A DNA stretch of 64,000 bases from an archaeon (GTDB lineage Archaea; Iainarchaeota; Iainarchaeia; Iainarchaeales; 0-14-0-20-34-12): NCBI GenBank assembly GCA_038046645.1, contig JBBSVU010000014.1, positions 1,512 through 65,511 of the forward strand, in the 5' to 3' direction. The notes below the pieces were generated by a model, which made no database searches, was not told where the DNA came from, and worked only from the letters and a program-made list of their open reading frames with translations. The translations under genes were made by a program, and so were the position numbers. Positions 15,963-25,665 of the stretch are shown here, in pieces (the first letter of the stretch is position 1; each line of letters starts with the position of its first letter).

Positions 15963-16640
15963 CTATTTATCTTGAGAAATTAGGCTTTGAAGGCTTTCCC
16001 TTGGCAGCACAATGCCTGTTTTCATTCCTTCCCTGACCCTTACTAATTTCCTATCCTTTAAAGAAAATACCCTAGAAAAAGGTTCTATTGGCAATACTAT
16101 GGTTCCTCTTTTATGAGCGGTCTTTCTTGCTTCATTATCAAATCTAATTGTAACTTTATCTTCACCAACTGAAACTGCATGTCCCCTGTATCTTTTCCCA
16201 TTTAAGTTAGCCTCTACTCTTTGGTTAGGATTTACTTCAAAAAACCTGGCATACCTTAATTCAGGCTTTCTATTGCATAGATCAACAAGCTCTTCAATAT
16301 TCCTTACTGAAAAATGTTCTGGCCTAAGCTCAGAAGGTTTCATTAAATCCGAAAATCTTCTTAATAATTTTGTGAAATTTCCGCCATTAAGCAAAAGTGC
16401 CCTATTGGCATTTGAAAGCAATCTTCTTGCACTAAATTTACTTAAATCAGGTATTACGGCACATAATTCATCTGCGCGTTTTTTAGGAAGAAGCCTAAGC
16501 TTTTCATCAGGGGCAATCTTGGTAGGCATAACAGTTCCCTTTCTTAATAAAGATATTCTTGAAAACCTTCGTGTAGCCCATTTGCTTGCTCTGGTTAATC
16601 TGGGTTTTGAGGGTTTTTTAATCACCGGTTTTGCAGGCAT
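15963..16640 (-). CDS. hypothetical protein, Arg/Lys-rich N-terminus
   Basis: 225-aa ORF with no recognisable motif. Its Arg-rich composition differs from the Lys/Glu/Ile-rich neighbours. Confidence 0.5.
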   Translation of the reverse strand: MPAKPVIKKPSKPRLTRASKWATRRFSRISLLRKGTVMPTKIAPDEKLRLLPKKRADELCAVIPDLSKFSARRLLSNANRALLLNGGNFTKLLRRFSDLMKPSELRPEHFSVRNIEELVDLCNRKPELRYARFFEVNPNQRVEANLNGKRYRGHAVSVGEDKVTIRFDNEARKTAHKRGTIVLPIEPFSRVFSLKDRKLVRVREGMKTGIVLPRESLQSLISQDK

Positions 16641-16713
16641 ATTACTAATGATAATTAAAAGGATATATAATTACTGCTGCTTTTCACAGGTATTTTAAGA
16701 ATTAGCTAAAAGA

Positions 16714-17682
16714 TTAAACCGCAAGCTCGGCAAGCGGGTATGCAGGGATCTTAAATTTGTGGACAATTGAATGCGCCAATTCTTTTGCATAGCCATGCGT
16801 TGTTAAAACTAATTTTGGCTTTGATTCTTCAATATAATGCATCAATTGATTGAAATCTGCATGGTCGGACAAGGGAAAAATGCGGTCATATGGGCCGTGG
16901 TAAGACCAGCCTGTTGCTTTTGCTGCTGCAATTTTTTTCCTAGAGGAAAAATGCAATGCCTGCAAGAGGCTAGCGGTAACATAATGTGGTGGCAGGATTA
17001 AAATTTGGGAATCATTCAAATTATGTGCTAACTTAATATAATTTCCGAGTTTAATGCCGTGATTTTCATAAATCTTGTTGGTAGAATAAATTGAATCATA
17101 AACCAAAGGGGAAATGCCCAAATGTTTATTTACAAAAGCAGTTAATTCCTGTGCTTTTCCTATTTGATAGCCTGCCAAAATTACCAACTTATTCTCATGC
17201 AGTCTTCTTTTTATCCAAGATTCCATTTCAGCATATGTTTCTTCCCTTTTGGGAAATGAAAAATGCGGCAGCCCAAAGGTTGATTCTGTGATTAAAACAT
17301 CCGCTTGTTTTATTTCTGCTGGTTTTTCAATAATTGACTGCTCTAATTTGAAATCCGATGTGCAAACTATGCGGTTATCATCATTAATTATTAATTGGAA
17401 AGAACCCAAAACATGACCTGCGCTTGAGAATTCAAATTCAACATCGCCAACTTCATATTTCTTGTCAAATTCAACTATTTTTGGGTTAAACTGCTTGCCA
17501 CTTTGCTTAATCAAATCTGCTGTTTCTTTTGTGGTGAAAATGTTCTTGCAGCCATTTATGTAAACATGGTCATTGTGGGCATGTGAGATAATTGAATATT
17601 CTGCCTTGTGCTTTGCACTTGCATCCAAAACAGCAAAATTTTCATCTTTGATAAATATGCCTTTTTTTTCAAATATTCTCAT
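16714..17682 (-). CDS. metallo-beta-lactamase-fold (beta-CASP-like) nuclease
   Basis: HAHNDH (HxHxDH), a later SDHAD and HG motifs. At 322 aa its size resembles the short MBL exonucleases. Confidence 0.7.
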   Translation of the reverse strand: MRIFEKKGIFIKDENFAVLDASAKHKAEYSIISHAHNDHVYINGCKNIFTTKETADLIKQSGKQFNPKIVEFDKKYEVGDVEFEFSSAGHVLGSFQLIINDDNRIVCTSDFKLEQSIIEKPAEIKQADVLITESTFGLPHFSFPKREETYAEMESWIKRRLHENKLVILAGYQIGKAQELTAFVNKHLGISPLVYDSIYSTNKIYENHGIKLGNYIKLAHNLNDSQILILPPHYVTASLLQALHFSSRKKIAAAKATGWSYHGPYDRIFPLSDHADFNQLMHYIEESKPKLVLTTHGYAKELAHSIVHKFKIPAYPLAELAV

Positions 17683-17788
17683 AATGACCAGTGGAAGGAA
17701 ATTAAACTATATTATTAGGTTAAGCAGATATAAAAGGATTGCTGGCCGGCAAAAGGATTTTAAGCAAATAACACTTATATTTTCACAG

Positions 17789-18865
17789 ATGGACGCTTTA
17801 ATAAATATCAGAAGAGCTTCTCAGTCACTTGATTTGCTTGATGGTGCAATAAGAAACAAAGGCTGGGCTGATTTAAATAGAGAACAATTAGTTGAAGAGC
17901 TGAAAAAAGTAGAGGCTGAATGTTCAAGGTTTTCAGACGAACTGAAGAAAGCAGTTGAGAAAACAAAGGAACATGGTTCTATTGACCATATTAATCTTGA
18001 TGAGTATTTCAAGGAATTAAACAAAACGCTCGAAATCCTGAAAAGGAATATTGAAATGGAAGAAAAAGTAACAGAAACTACAAAATTCCATATTGCAAAT
18101 GTGTATGAAAAAGAATCTATTCCTGAGCTTTACAATGAATTGCAGCAAAGGATGTTTTCCGTTCTTTTGAAAGGCCGCTTTATTCTTGAAAGATTAGAGA
18201 TAGCTGCGCAAAAGCATGATAACTCACAGCTTGAGAAAAAGCCTTTGGCAAGAAGATTGCTTGATACTTTGGAAGAGAAGGATAATGAATTAAATAAAGT
18301 AAGAGAGGAATATGAACAATTACGGGTAAAGAGTTTTTTAGGATTGGTAAAGGAAAGGACTGTTGCAGAGCTCGAATCCACATTAAATGAAAATAACGCA
18401 GAGCTTGAGAGAAGGATTGCTGATTTTGACAATAGGTACAGGATGATAATACAAAAGGTAATAATGATACAAAAAGAATTGATACATCTAAGCAGGGATA
18501 AAAATGTGATGGAACATTTGCTTTCAAAATATATGAGAAATAGCCGAGAGGTAATCCTAGAATTGAAAAAAGAGCGGGATTACGCAAACAAAGTCCTGAT
18601 GGAAATTGAGAATGACACCTCAAAAATAAGGGAGAAATACATGTCCAATCTTTTGAATATAGATAAGGAAAAGATTGCCATAAAGGAAGAGGTTGGGCAA
18701 AACTATGAACAAAGGATAAATGTGTTAAGGCAAAGACTAATTGAAAAGGATGAATTGATTGAGCATTTAAGGAAGATTGCAACAAGAAAGGAAAAGGCAG
18801 AAATAAAGGTTAATGCAAAAGAAGAAATAAAAACAAACGCCCTGAAGAAAACAAAAAAGAAATAA
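17789..18865 (+). CDS. coiled-coil protein, unknown function
   Basis: Heptad-rich E/K/L sequence throughout. The ATG at 17789 avoids the overlap with 16714..17682 that the track start (17573) would create. ATATAAAAGG lies ~55 nt upstream. Confidence 0.6.
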   Translation: MDALINIRRASQSLDLLDGAIRNKGWADLNREQLVEELKKVEAECSRFSDELKKAVEKTKEHGSIDHINLDEYFKELNKTLEILKRNIEMEEKVTETTKFHIANVYEKESIPELYNELQQRMFSVLLKGRFILERLEIAAQKHDNSQLEKKPLARRLLDTLEEKDNELNKVREEYEQLRVKSFLGLVKERTVAELESTLNENNAELERRIADFDNRYRMIIQKVIMIQKELIHLSRDKNVMEHLLSKYMRNSREVILELKKERDYANKVLMEIENDTSKIREKYMSNLLNIDKEKIAIKEEVGQNYEQRINVLRQRLIEKDELIEHLRKIATRKEKAEIKVNAKEEIKTNALKKTKKK

Positions 18866-18944
18866 CAGAAAAAAGCGCACTGCCTAATTCGGATTATTAT
18901 TAATGGCAATAATATTAAAATTCGACTTTTATTTTTTTAATAAT

Positions 18945-19412
18945 TCATTTAAAGGGGGCATAACTGCCAAATTCTTGTTCATCCTCTTTTGAAGAATATT
19001 GGGGAGAAAAACTTTCCGGTTTTTTTATAAACCTTAAAATATAATTAGCCCATTTTACTGCCAAGGAATTTTTCTCTTCATTTAATTCTGCTGAATCAGA
19101 AATTTCTTCCAGCTCGGATTCCTTAACTGCTTTGATAATCGGTTTTTTTAATTCAAGCTCCAAATCAATAAGCTTGGTTAAAAGGATTGAAATATCGGAT
19201 GTTTCCTTGGGATAGAGAACAAAGACAAAAACAATGTCTGATTTTACTGCATTCTGCTGTATTTTTAATGGAATGTCTAATCTTGAGGCAGCATAATCCA
19301 CTGTGCATTTTATGTCAAGGATTTCCTGCTTCAGTTTTTTAGCAACATCAGGTAGGATGTTTACAATTGTTTCTGAATCACAAATCAAATATACTTTAGT
19401 CATAGTTCCCAC
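18945..19412 (-). CDS. hypothetical protein
   Basis: 155-aa ORF. Only a vague layout resemblance to the archaeal riboflavin synthase fold (see rejected list). Confidence 0.5.
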   Translation of the reverse strand: MGTMTKVYLICDSETIVNILPDVAKKLKQEILDIKCTVDYAASRLDIPLKIQQNAVKSDIVFVFVLYPKETSDISILLTKLIDLELELKKPIIKAVKESELEEISDSAELNEEKNSLAVKWANYILRFIKKPESFSPQYSSKEDEQEFGSYAPFK

Positions 19413-19448
19413 ATAAATGGCTTTTTCTTTTATAATTGGATAAAAAAG

Positions 19449-19456
19449 TATATAAA
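19449..19456 (+). promoter_or_regulatory. TATA-box-like element upstream of 19485
   Basis: TATATAAA is centred ~32 nt upstream of the ATG, implying a near-leaderless transcript. Confidence 0.4.
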
Positions 19457-19484
19457 AGGATAATCAATTTACTATATTGGCAAT

Positions 19485-20960
19485 ATGAACGAGTTTTCAG
19501 CTATAGAAACCGAAGAGTACCAGGAAGAAAGCCCTTTAGACAAGCTAAAGGAAAATTTACCGGCAATTATTGGGCTTATTGTACTTTTGATTATGGGCTA
19601 TTTTGCGTATAATTATTTTATAGGCAGCAATGTTGATGCCTCTTTTTCAATAAAAGACATATCTGGGAATAATCTTACGAATAACTCATTAAGAATAAGC
19701 GATTCTGCAAACAAAGAGGTATTCAAAGCAAGCGGCAAAAGCATATATGAAGTGAAATTAAAAACCGGTGAATATAAAATAGCTGTTTCAAGCTCAGATT
19801 TTCCTCTTTATGCTGACACGATTACTGTGGATCAAGAAAATGCAAGCTTTGATGTTGTATTGAAAAAGCAGTACAAGCTTGAGTTAGCATTAAATGTGCA
19901 GAACAGCAAGCTGATTAAGGGCATGGATAATGAGATAGAAGCAATAGTGACAAATAAGGGTGAAGAGGATATTTCTGGACTAGCCTTAACTATAAGTGCA
20001 AGCAATGCCGGTGTTGCAATTGAATCACCAAAAGATATTTTGGCTGTTGCCGGGAACCAGACAAAGATAAAAGCAATTGTTAAAATACAGCAAACAATAA
20101 AAATAAGCCCCGAAGAAAAAAATGCTGGCATAACTTTAACAATAAAAGTGAATGGCACAAACATCTCAAAGGAAATAAAAGGGATTTTCATTGCTGATAA
20201 GCCTGTTTTAGATATTGAACCGGTAAATTTCAAGATTTCATTAAATGCAAATGAAACAAAAACACAGGAGATAAAATTGCTGAATAAAAGCACATCTGCT
20301 ATCCCTGGCATTACCCTGGAAATACTTCTTGATGATACTTCTGCAAATTTGATTGATGATGTTGTTAATTGGGTGTATTTTACTAGCCCTGGAAAAACAT
20401 CAGACATACAGGAATTGCTGCCGGAAAGCCAGCAGAGGTCAAAAACCATTACTGTGAATATTCCAAAGCAGGCAAAGATTGAAACCATCAATGGGAGGAT
20501 AAAAATAAGCACAGCAAAAGAGATAGGGATTGAAAAAGAAATTCCCTTTACTATAGAAATAAAAAAAGGCGTTGAGGTAAAGCTTAATGCTGAATTTGAG
20601 GTTGATGTTTTTAACCTGTCTTTTGACGGCAATAAATATCCCTCACAGACAAAAAAAATCAATGTAACAAACCAGAGCGATGTGGATATTGAAACCCCAA
20701 TAAGCTTCAATGTTTCAAACAAGGGTGACTGCACAGAAGAGTGGTTTAAGTTTGAATCAGGCAACAACATAAAGAGCCTGAAGAAAGGTGAAAAGAACAG
20801 CAATCTGTATTATACGATATCTGCCCCTAAAGAAATTAATGAGCTTGAGAATAGCGATGACAAAAAAATGTTCTGCAAGATAACAATGTCTTTCAAGGAT
20901 CCAATAGACGAGAAGACTGAAGTGCAGGAATACACCATATTTATAAATGCCGGCAGCTAA
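19485..20960 (+). CDS. membrane-anchored extracellular beta-rich (CARDB/Ig-like repeat) surface protein
   Basis: N-terminal TM (IIGLIVLLIMGYFAY), then repeated beta-strand-rich modules with N-x-S/T sequons (NKGEEDISGLALTI...). Confidence 0.6.
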   Translation: MNEFSAIETEEYQEESPLDKLKENLPAIIGLIVLLIMGYFAYNYFIGSNVDASFSIKDISGNNLTNNSLRISDSANKEVFKASGKSIYEVKLKTGEYKIAVSSSDFPLYADTITVDQENASFDVVLKKQYKLELALNVQNSKLIKGMDNEIEAIVTNKGEEDISGLALTISASNAGVAIESPKDILAVAGNQTKIKAIVKIQQTIKISPEEKNAGITLTIKVNGTNISKEIKGIFIADKPVLDIEPVNFKISLNANETKTQEIKLLNKSTSAIPGITLEILLDDTSANLIDDVVNWVYFTSPGKTSDIQELLPESQQRSKTITVNIPKQAKIETINGRIKISTAKEIGIEKEIPFTIEIKKGVEVKLNAEFEVDVFNLSFDGNKYPSQTKKINVTNQSDVDIETPISFNVSNKGDCTEEWFKFESGNNIKSLKKGEKNSNLYYTISAPKEINELENSDDKKMFCKITMSFKDPIDEKTEVQEYTIFINAGS

Positions 20961-21017
20961 AACAGCTATTTTTAAAATTTTGGGCTGCTTATTAGGTAGA
21001 GTAAATAGGAGCAAAAA

Positions 21018-21241
21018 GGACCCGTAGCTCAGTCTGGAATCAGAGCAATTCCCTCCTAAACCAAGCCTTTTTCTTTTAGGAAAAGAAAAAGGCTAGGCAT
21101 TATCCAAAAAGAAAACTAATAAATTATACTTAAACAGTTCTTTTTCTTTTGGGGTAACCCTAGACCTTTTCTTTTTCTTTTTAAGAAAAAGAAAAGGGTT
21201 GGGCAAGGAAGAGGTCCTGGGTTCGAATCCCAGCGGGTCCG
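21018..21241 (+). tRNA. tRNA-Arg(CCU) with 147-nt intron at the canonical 37/38 position
   Basis: 5' exon 21018-21058, 3' exon 21206-21241. Acceptor GGACCCG/CGGGTCC, D arm GCTC..GAGC, anticodon loop CTCCTA|A, T arm CTGGG-TTCGAAT-CCCAG, discriminator G. One A.G mismatch at 27:43. Confidence 0.9.
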
Positions 21242-21302
21242 TTATAAATTAAGGCAAAACAAGCCAAGTAATCCTTTTTAAGAGATTCACAAGAACTTAA
21301 TT

Positions 21303-22736
21303 ATGCTAATAAAACGCTCTTTGCCAATAGTACTTTTCATAAATTTATTCTACTTAATCTGGGTTTTTCCTTACCTTAATGGGATAGCCGGCATTATTTT
21401 TTATGTTGCAGAATTAGGGTTTTTCTCATTGCTTCTCGTTTTCGGCTTCTGCCATTGGGAAGGCAAACATGTATTTGAAACAGGCATTAAAGCAAAGGGA
21501 ACTGTTGATGTTTTTATTACCTGCTTAAATGAGCCTGTTGCAATGATTGAAAAAACACTGAAAGCCTCTGTCAATATAGATTATGGCCATAAGAAAGTGT
21601 TTTTGTTGGATGATGGAAACAGAAATGAACTTAAAAAACTGGCTGAAAAATATGCAGCAATTTATTTGGCAAGGGAAAGGCACATTAATGAAAAAGCAGG
21701 CAACCTTAACAACGGATTAATGAACAGCGATTCTGAATTTATTTTTACGCTTGATGCTGACCAGGTTCCTGACAAAGAGGTTCTTAAAAAAACACTAGGT
21801 TATTTTACAAAGAGCGAAAAAATTGCTTTTGTTACAACCAGGCAAAGATTTGATGTGCACAAGCAAGACTTTAACAAAGACCATATGTTCTATGAACATA
21901 TGCAAACAGGAAAAAATGCAGATGCTTGTTCAATAAGCTGCGGCAGCGGGGTTATTTACAGGAGAAGTGCCTTGGAGAAAATAGGCGGCTTTAAAACATG
22001 GAACCTTGTAGAGGATGTGTATACGTCATTTGAACTGCACAGGCATGGATTTACCAGCCTTTACATAAACAAGGCATATACGACAGGGCTGGCGCCACAA
22101 GACCTGAAAAATATATACAAACAAAGGGGCACTTGGGCTGTTGATTCATTAAGGCTTCTTTTCAAGAAAAATCCTTTATTTGCAAAAGGGCTGTCTTTCA
22201 ACCAGAGGATACACTATTTTGAAATAGGTTACATATATTTGGTAGCGGGGGTATTTTTTCCAATTCTTTTTTGCCTGCCGATTGTTTCATTATTGACAAA
22301 TGTACCGCTACTTTTTGTTGGCGTAGAATTTATATTCATAAGATTGTTAGGCCTGCTTTCAATTGTCTGGTTTTACTCAAGGCTTAATGAAGGTAGCGAA
22401 GGGACAAGGTTTTGGACAGGATTATGGCCGATATTTTCCACAGCAGCCCTTTTGGCAGCAGTACCGGGAAAAATCAAATATAGGGTTACCAGCAAGGCTG
22501 AAACAAGCAAAAGACGGATTAAATTAATTCTGCCGCAACTTACTATTTTGAGTTTAGGAATAATCTCGATATACTTTAATGTTTATGCATATGGCCTAAG
22601 CAATAATACGCTAGCAAATTCTTTATGGGTATTTGTTGTTGCCTGGTGGATGTGGCCTGTGATTGTAAAGGGTTTTTCCTCTAAATTTATTCATACCCCA
22701 ACCTTGCATACACAGATTGAGGGGGAATACACTTAA
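21303..22736 (+). CDS. processive family-2 glycosyltransferase (cellulose/chitin-synthase-like)
   Basis: Cytoplasmic GT2 domain between TM bundles, with LDDGN, LDADQVP, EDVYTS and the QRGTWA (QxxRW-type) motif. Confidence 0.85.
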   Translation: MLIKRSLPIVLFINLFYLIWVFPYLNGIAGIIFYVAELGFFSLLLVFGFCHWEGKHVFETGIKAKGTVDVFITCLNEPVAMIEKTLKASVNIDYGHKKVFLLDDGNRNELKKLAEKYAAIYLARERHINEKAGNLNNGLMNSDSEFIFTLDADQVPDKEVLKKTLGYFTKSEKIAFVTTRQRFDVHKQDFNKDHMFYEHMQTGKNADACSISCGSGVIYRRSALEKIGGFKTWNLVEDVYTSFELHRHGFTSLYINKAYTTGLAPQDLKNIYKQRGTWAVDSLRLLFKKNPLFAKGLSFNQRIHYFEIGYIYLVAGVFFPILFCLPIVSLLTNVPLLFVGVEFIFIRLLGLLSIVWFYSRLNEGSEGTRFWTGLWPIFSTAALLAAVPGKIKYRVTSKAETSKRRIKLILPQLTILSLGIISIYFNVYAYGLSNNTLANSLWVFVVAWWMWPVIVKGFSSKFIHTPTLHTQIEGEYT

Positions 22737-22916
22737 TAAAGTTAAAACAGTTAAGTTAGAGATTAATAAGCAATTACTAAATTGAAGCATATTCTTGAAA
22801 AATGCTGCTTAGCAAAATCCTTTATTTAACAGCATTGGGATTCTGCTTTAGGCAATTTGCGGCAAAGTCTAACGCATGCTTTGTGCGCTTGAATCGGTGT
22901 TCTTTAGGTATCGGAT

Positions 22917-23426
22917 TTAGGATTTGAACAGCTCAAATAACACATTTTTGTCTTTCGTGTAGAAATAAATTAGTAAGATAAGGGTCAGGAAAACAATCAA
23001 AAGGTCAAGGGCATTCATAAGGAAATAATTTTTTAGGCTTAGGATATCTCCAAGGTAAAGATTTCCGAATGGGTAGATAAAATTGAATGCCCAATCGCTT
23101 GTAATAAGGTCCACGAGTGAATGCATCAAAAAACCAAGGAAGAAAACAAAAACTCCCGCAAAATAATTGAATTTTATTTTTTTCTTTTTGCAGTAAAGCC
23201 AAAAAATTGCTGAAAAGAAAATGCCAAACAACAATCCGTAAATTGGCGGGTGCAGCCATTCGTGGTGTATTTTCCTGTAAAGGTCAAAATCACCAAGCAA
23301 AAGGGGATAACCATCAATATCGGGGGCTAAACCACCTAAAAATGCCAATCTTAAAACGTTTTTATCTTTGGAGAAATACCGTAATCCCAAATAGGAAATT
23401 AATCCATGAATAAGTGTAAAAGGCAT
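22917..23426 (-). CDS. YdjM/DUF457-like membrane-bound metal-dependent hydrolase
   Basis: N-terminal MPFTLIHGLISY, His-containing TM segments, 169 aa. Confidence 0.5.
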   Translation of the reverse strand: MPFTLIHGLISYLGLRYFSKDKNVLRLAFLGGLAPDIDGYPLLLGDFDLYRKIHHEWLHPPIYGLLFGIFFSAIFWLYCKKKKIKFNYFAGVFVFFLGFLMHSLVDLITSDWAFNFIYPFGNLYLGDILSLKNYFLMNALDLLIVFLTLILLIYFYTKDKNVLFELFKS

Positions 23427-23509
23427 TTTATCACAGCATACATACTGTTTATCAAATTAAGCGTAATATTAGATAATATTATTTCAATAATATAAAGTAG
23501 GTTGGTACT

Positions 23510-24346
23510 ATGATAAAGCCCTCAAAATTGAATTTTGGCACCTCAGGAATTCCATTAAGGACAGAAAACCCAAGCACAGAAAACGGAATCATAAAGGTGC
23601 ATGAATTGGGGTTAGATGCTATGGAATTAGAATTTGTACGAAATGTAAATATTAATGAAAATAAAGCACCTGAAATAAAAAAAATTGCTGAAAAGGAAAA
23701 TGTAATATTAACCTGCCATGGGCAGTATTATGTAAACCTGAATGCAGAAATAGAGGAAAAGATCGAGGCAAGCAAAAATAGGATAATGCATGCTGCTAAA
23801 ATTGCTTATTTGTGCGGTGCTTACAGCGTCTGTTTCCATGCTGCTTACTATATGAAACAAGAGCCAAAATTGGTTTATGATAAAGTTAAAGAAGCCCTTA
23901 AAGATGTCACAAAGAAACTAAAGGATAAGGGCTATGATATTTGGGTAAGACCTGAAACAACAGGCAAAAGGGCACAGTTTGGCACGCTTGAAGAGATTTT
24001 AAAATTAAGCCAGGAAATTGAAAATGTGATGCCTTGCATTGATTTTTCACATCTGCACGCAAGAAATAAGGCTAATAATACACATGAAGAATTCAATGAT
24101 TTATTAAGCATGGTTGAAAAAGCATTAGGAAGGGAAGGCCTAAATAATATGCACATTCATCTTTCAGGAATTAATTATGGGGATAAGGGCGAAAAGAATC
24201 ATTTGAATCTCAGGGAATCTGATATGAATTATGCTGATTTGTTAAATGTATTTAGGGCATTTAAAATAAAGGGAGTAATAATTGGGGAAAGCCCTAATGT
24301 TGAGGTAGATGCACTTTTCCTGAAAAAAGAGTTTGAGAAAATATAA
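23510..24346 (+). CDS. AP-endonuclease-2/xylose-isomerase-like TIM-barrel protein (endonuclease IV-like)
   Basis: CHGQYYVNL, FHAAYY, RPETTGK, IDFSHLHAR and HIHLSG spacing resembles the Endo IV metal-ligand pattern. Confidence 0.6.
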   Translation: MIKPSKLNFGTSGIPLRTENPSTENGIIKVHELGLDAMELEFVRNVNINENKAPEIKKIAEKENVILTCHGQYYVNLNAEIEEKIEASKNRIMHAAKIAYLCGAYSVCFHAAYYMKQEPKLVYDKVKEALKDVTKKLKDKGYDIWVRPETTGKRAQFGTLEEILKLSQEIENVMPCIDFSHLHARNKANNTHEEFNDLLSMVEKALGREGLNNMHIHLSGINYGDKGEKNHLNLRESDMNYADLLNVFRAFKIKGVIIGESPNVEVDALFLKKEFEKI

Positions 24347-24384
24347 TAAAAAAGCAATTTGAAAATATAGAAATATAACTGCAT

Positions 24385-24963
24385 CTAAAAAACTAATTTG
24401 GAAAGATAAAGGAATAAATAACAAGATAATGGCACACTCAGGTTATCTTCAATTGGCAATATTTCTACAATTGTGCACAGGAAGGTTACCAAAAAAGCCA
24501 TTCCGATATTCTGCGGATATAAGGTAGCTAAGAAGATAAATGCAATCAAGAAAAAGAACATTGTGCCTTCATAGGTCTTATTGTTTGGCAATTTATACCT
24601 GCCAAGTTTTCTGCCTATTATTGTGGCAAAGCCGTCTGCATAAGTCAAAAGGCATAAAGAAGCGATAAGCATTCTTTTCTGCCCTAGCAAGGAATCAATT
24701 AAAAACAAAATGAAAATGCTTAATACATATAACAGCATAGCCCTTCCTGGTGTTTCTTTTTCATGCTGCCGCTGCATCTTTCCGAGAAACAAAAGGATAA
24801 TCGGATGATCCCTAAGGCCTTTTTCTGAAATATAAAAACCGATAACTAAAAGAATCAGGGATAAGATTGCTAAGATATAAGAGGGGATAAAAAGCGCTGA
24901 AACTATAAAAAGTGTTCCAAAAAAGATGTGGAAAACCTTTCTCCTAAGCTCAATCATAAGCAC
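24385..24963 (-). CDS. CTP-dependent polyprenol/dolichol kinase or CdsA-family cytidylyltransferase
   Basis: Polytopic protein with ADGFATIIGRKLGRYKLPNNKTYEGT, the CTP_transf_1/dolichol-kinase signature. Confidence 0.6.
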   Translation of the reverse strand: MLMIELRRKVFHIFFGTLFIVSALFIPSYILAILSLILLVIGFYISEKGLRDHPIILLFLGKMQRQHEKETPGRAMLLYVLSIFILFLIDSLLGQKRMLIASLCLLTYADGFATIIGRKLGRYKLPNNKTYEGTMFFFLIAFIFLATLYPQNIGMAFLVTFLCTIVEILPIEDNLSVPLSCYLFLYLSKLVF

Positions 24964-24968
24964 CTAAA

Positions 24969-25649
24969 TCATAATTTTTTCAGGACATAGAACATATGGT
25001 CTTTTTCAAATGGTTCAAGGCTGATGCGTTCTATTATCTTAAAATATTTTTTTAATTCAACATCTTGGACATCAAAAATATTTTTTACATTGGTTGTTGA
25101 GGATATGCTTTTCGCCTTCAATGCAAGCAATGCAAAGCCATTTTGCTTCAAAAATACTTCAGCATTTTTCCTCAGAATATCAACCTGATTTTTCTGGGAA
25201 ACGTCCTGGAAAATAATGTCAAATTTCATGTTTTCCAAATCAGAAGCATAAGTATCTGGCTGATTTGCATCTGCTATCCTTGGGATTATATTCAACCTTT
25301 GCTCACATATCCTCAATAATTTTCTCATTGTTTTCTCGCTAATATCAATTCCTACAATTAAACCATCTTTACCCACAATATCAGAAATGTGGGAAGCGGT
25401 AGTTCCTTCAGCAATCCCTAAATACAAAACAGTCGAGGCATTAGTTATTGGGACATTTTTCAGGTTCTTTTTTATTGCCGCAGCCAACTTGCTCCTGAAT
25501 GGAATCCACTCCCTGTACTCAGAACCTTTATCATTCAGAAGGCGCTCACCATAAACACTTTGCCCCTGCACTAAATTTTTAGTGCAGATCCTGCCATTTA
25601 TTAAAAAAATGCCTTGGAATAACTGCTTAAAACCTGACATAATAATCAA
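24969..25649 (-). CDS. flpA: fibrillarin-like rRNA/tRNA 2'-O-methyltransferase
   Basis: SVYGERL...EYREWIPFRSKLAAAI...VLYLGIAEGTTASHISDIV. Adjacent to nop5. Confidence 0.9.
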   Translation of the reverse strand: MIIMSGFKQLFQGIFLINGRICTKNLVQGQSVYGERLLNDKGSEYREWIPFRSKLAAAIKKNLKNVPITNASTVLYLGIAEGTTASHISDIVGKDGLIVGIDISEKTMRKLLRICEQRLNIIPRIADANQPDTYASDLENMKFDIIFQDVSQKNQVDILRKNAEVFLKQNGFALLALKAKSISSTTNVKNIFDVQDVELKKYFKIIERISLEPFEKDHMFYVLKKL

Positions 25650-25665
25650 ATAGCGTAAGTATCAA

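Noticed and set aside
17573-17788. Longer 5' start for the coiled-coil gene (track start 17573)
   Set aside because: It would overlap the convergently oriented MBL gene start region by 110 nt and would encode a non-coiled, Cys/Phe-rich leader. The ATG at 17789 with an upstream TATA-like box is preferred.
18945-19412. Archaeal riboflavin synthase (RibC)-like identity for the 155-aa protein
   Set aside because: It has only a loose resemblance in length and segment layout. The conserved N-terminal substrate-binding residues I remember are not present.
19832-20803. 323-aa minus-strand ORF antisense to the surface-protein gene
   Set aside because: Its Ser/Phe/Leu-rich product is typical of the antisense frame of a Lys/Glu/Asn-rich gene. 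The sense ORF has a TM anchor, a promoter and sensible domain repeats.
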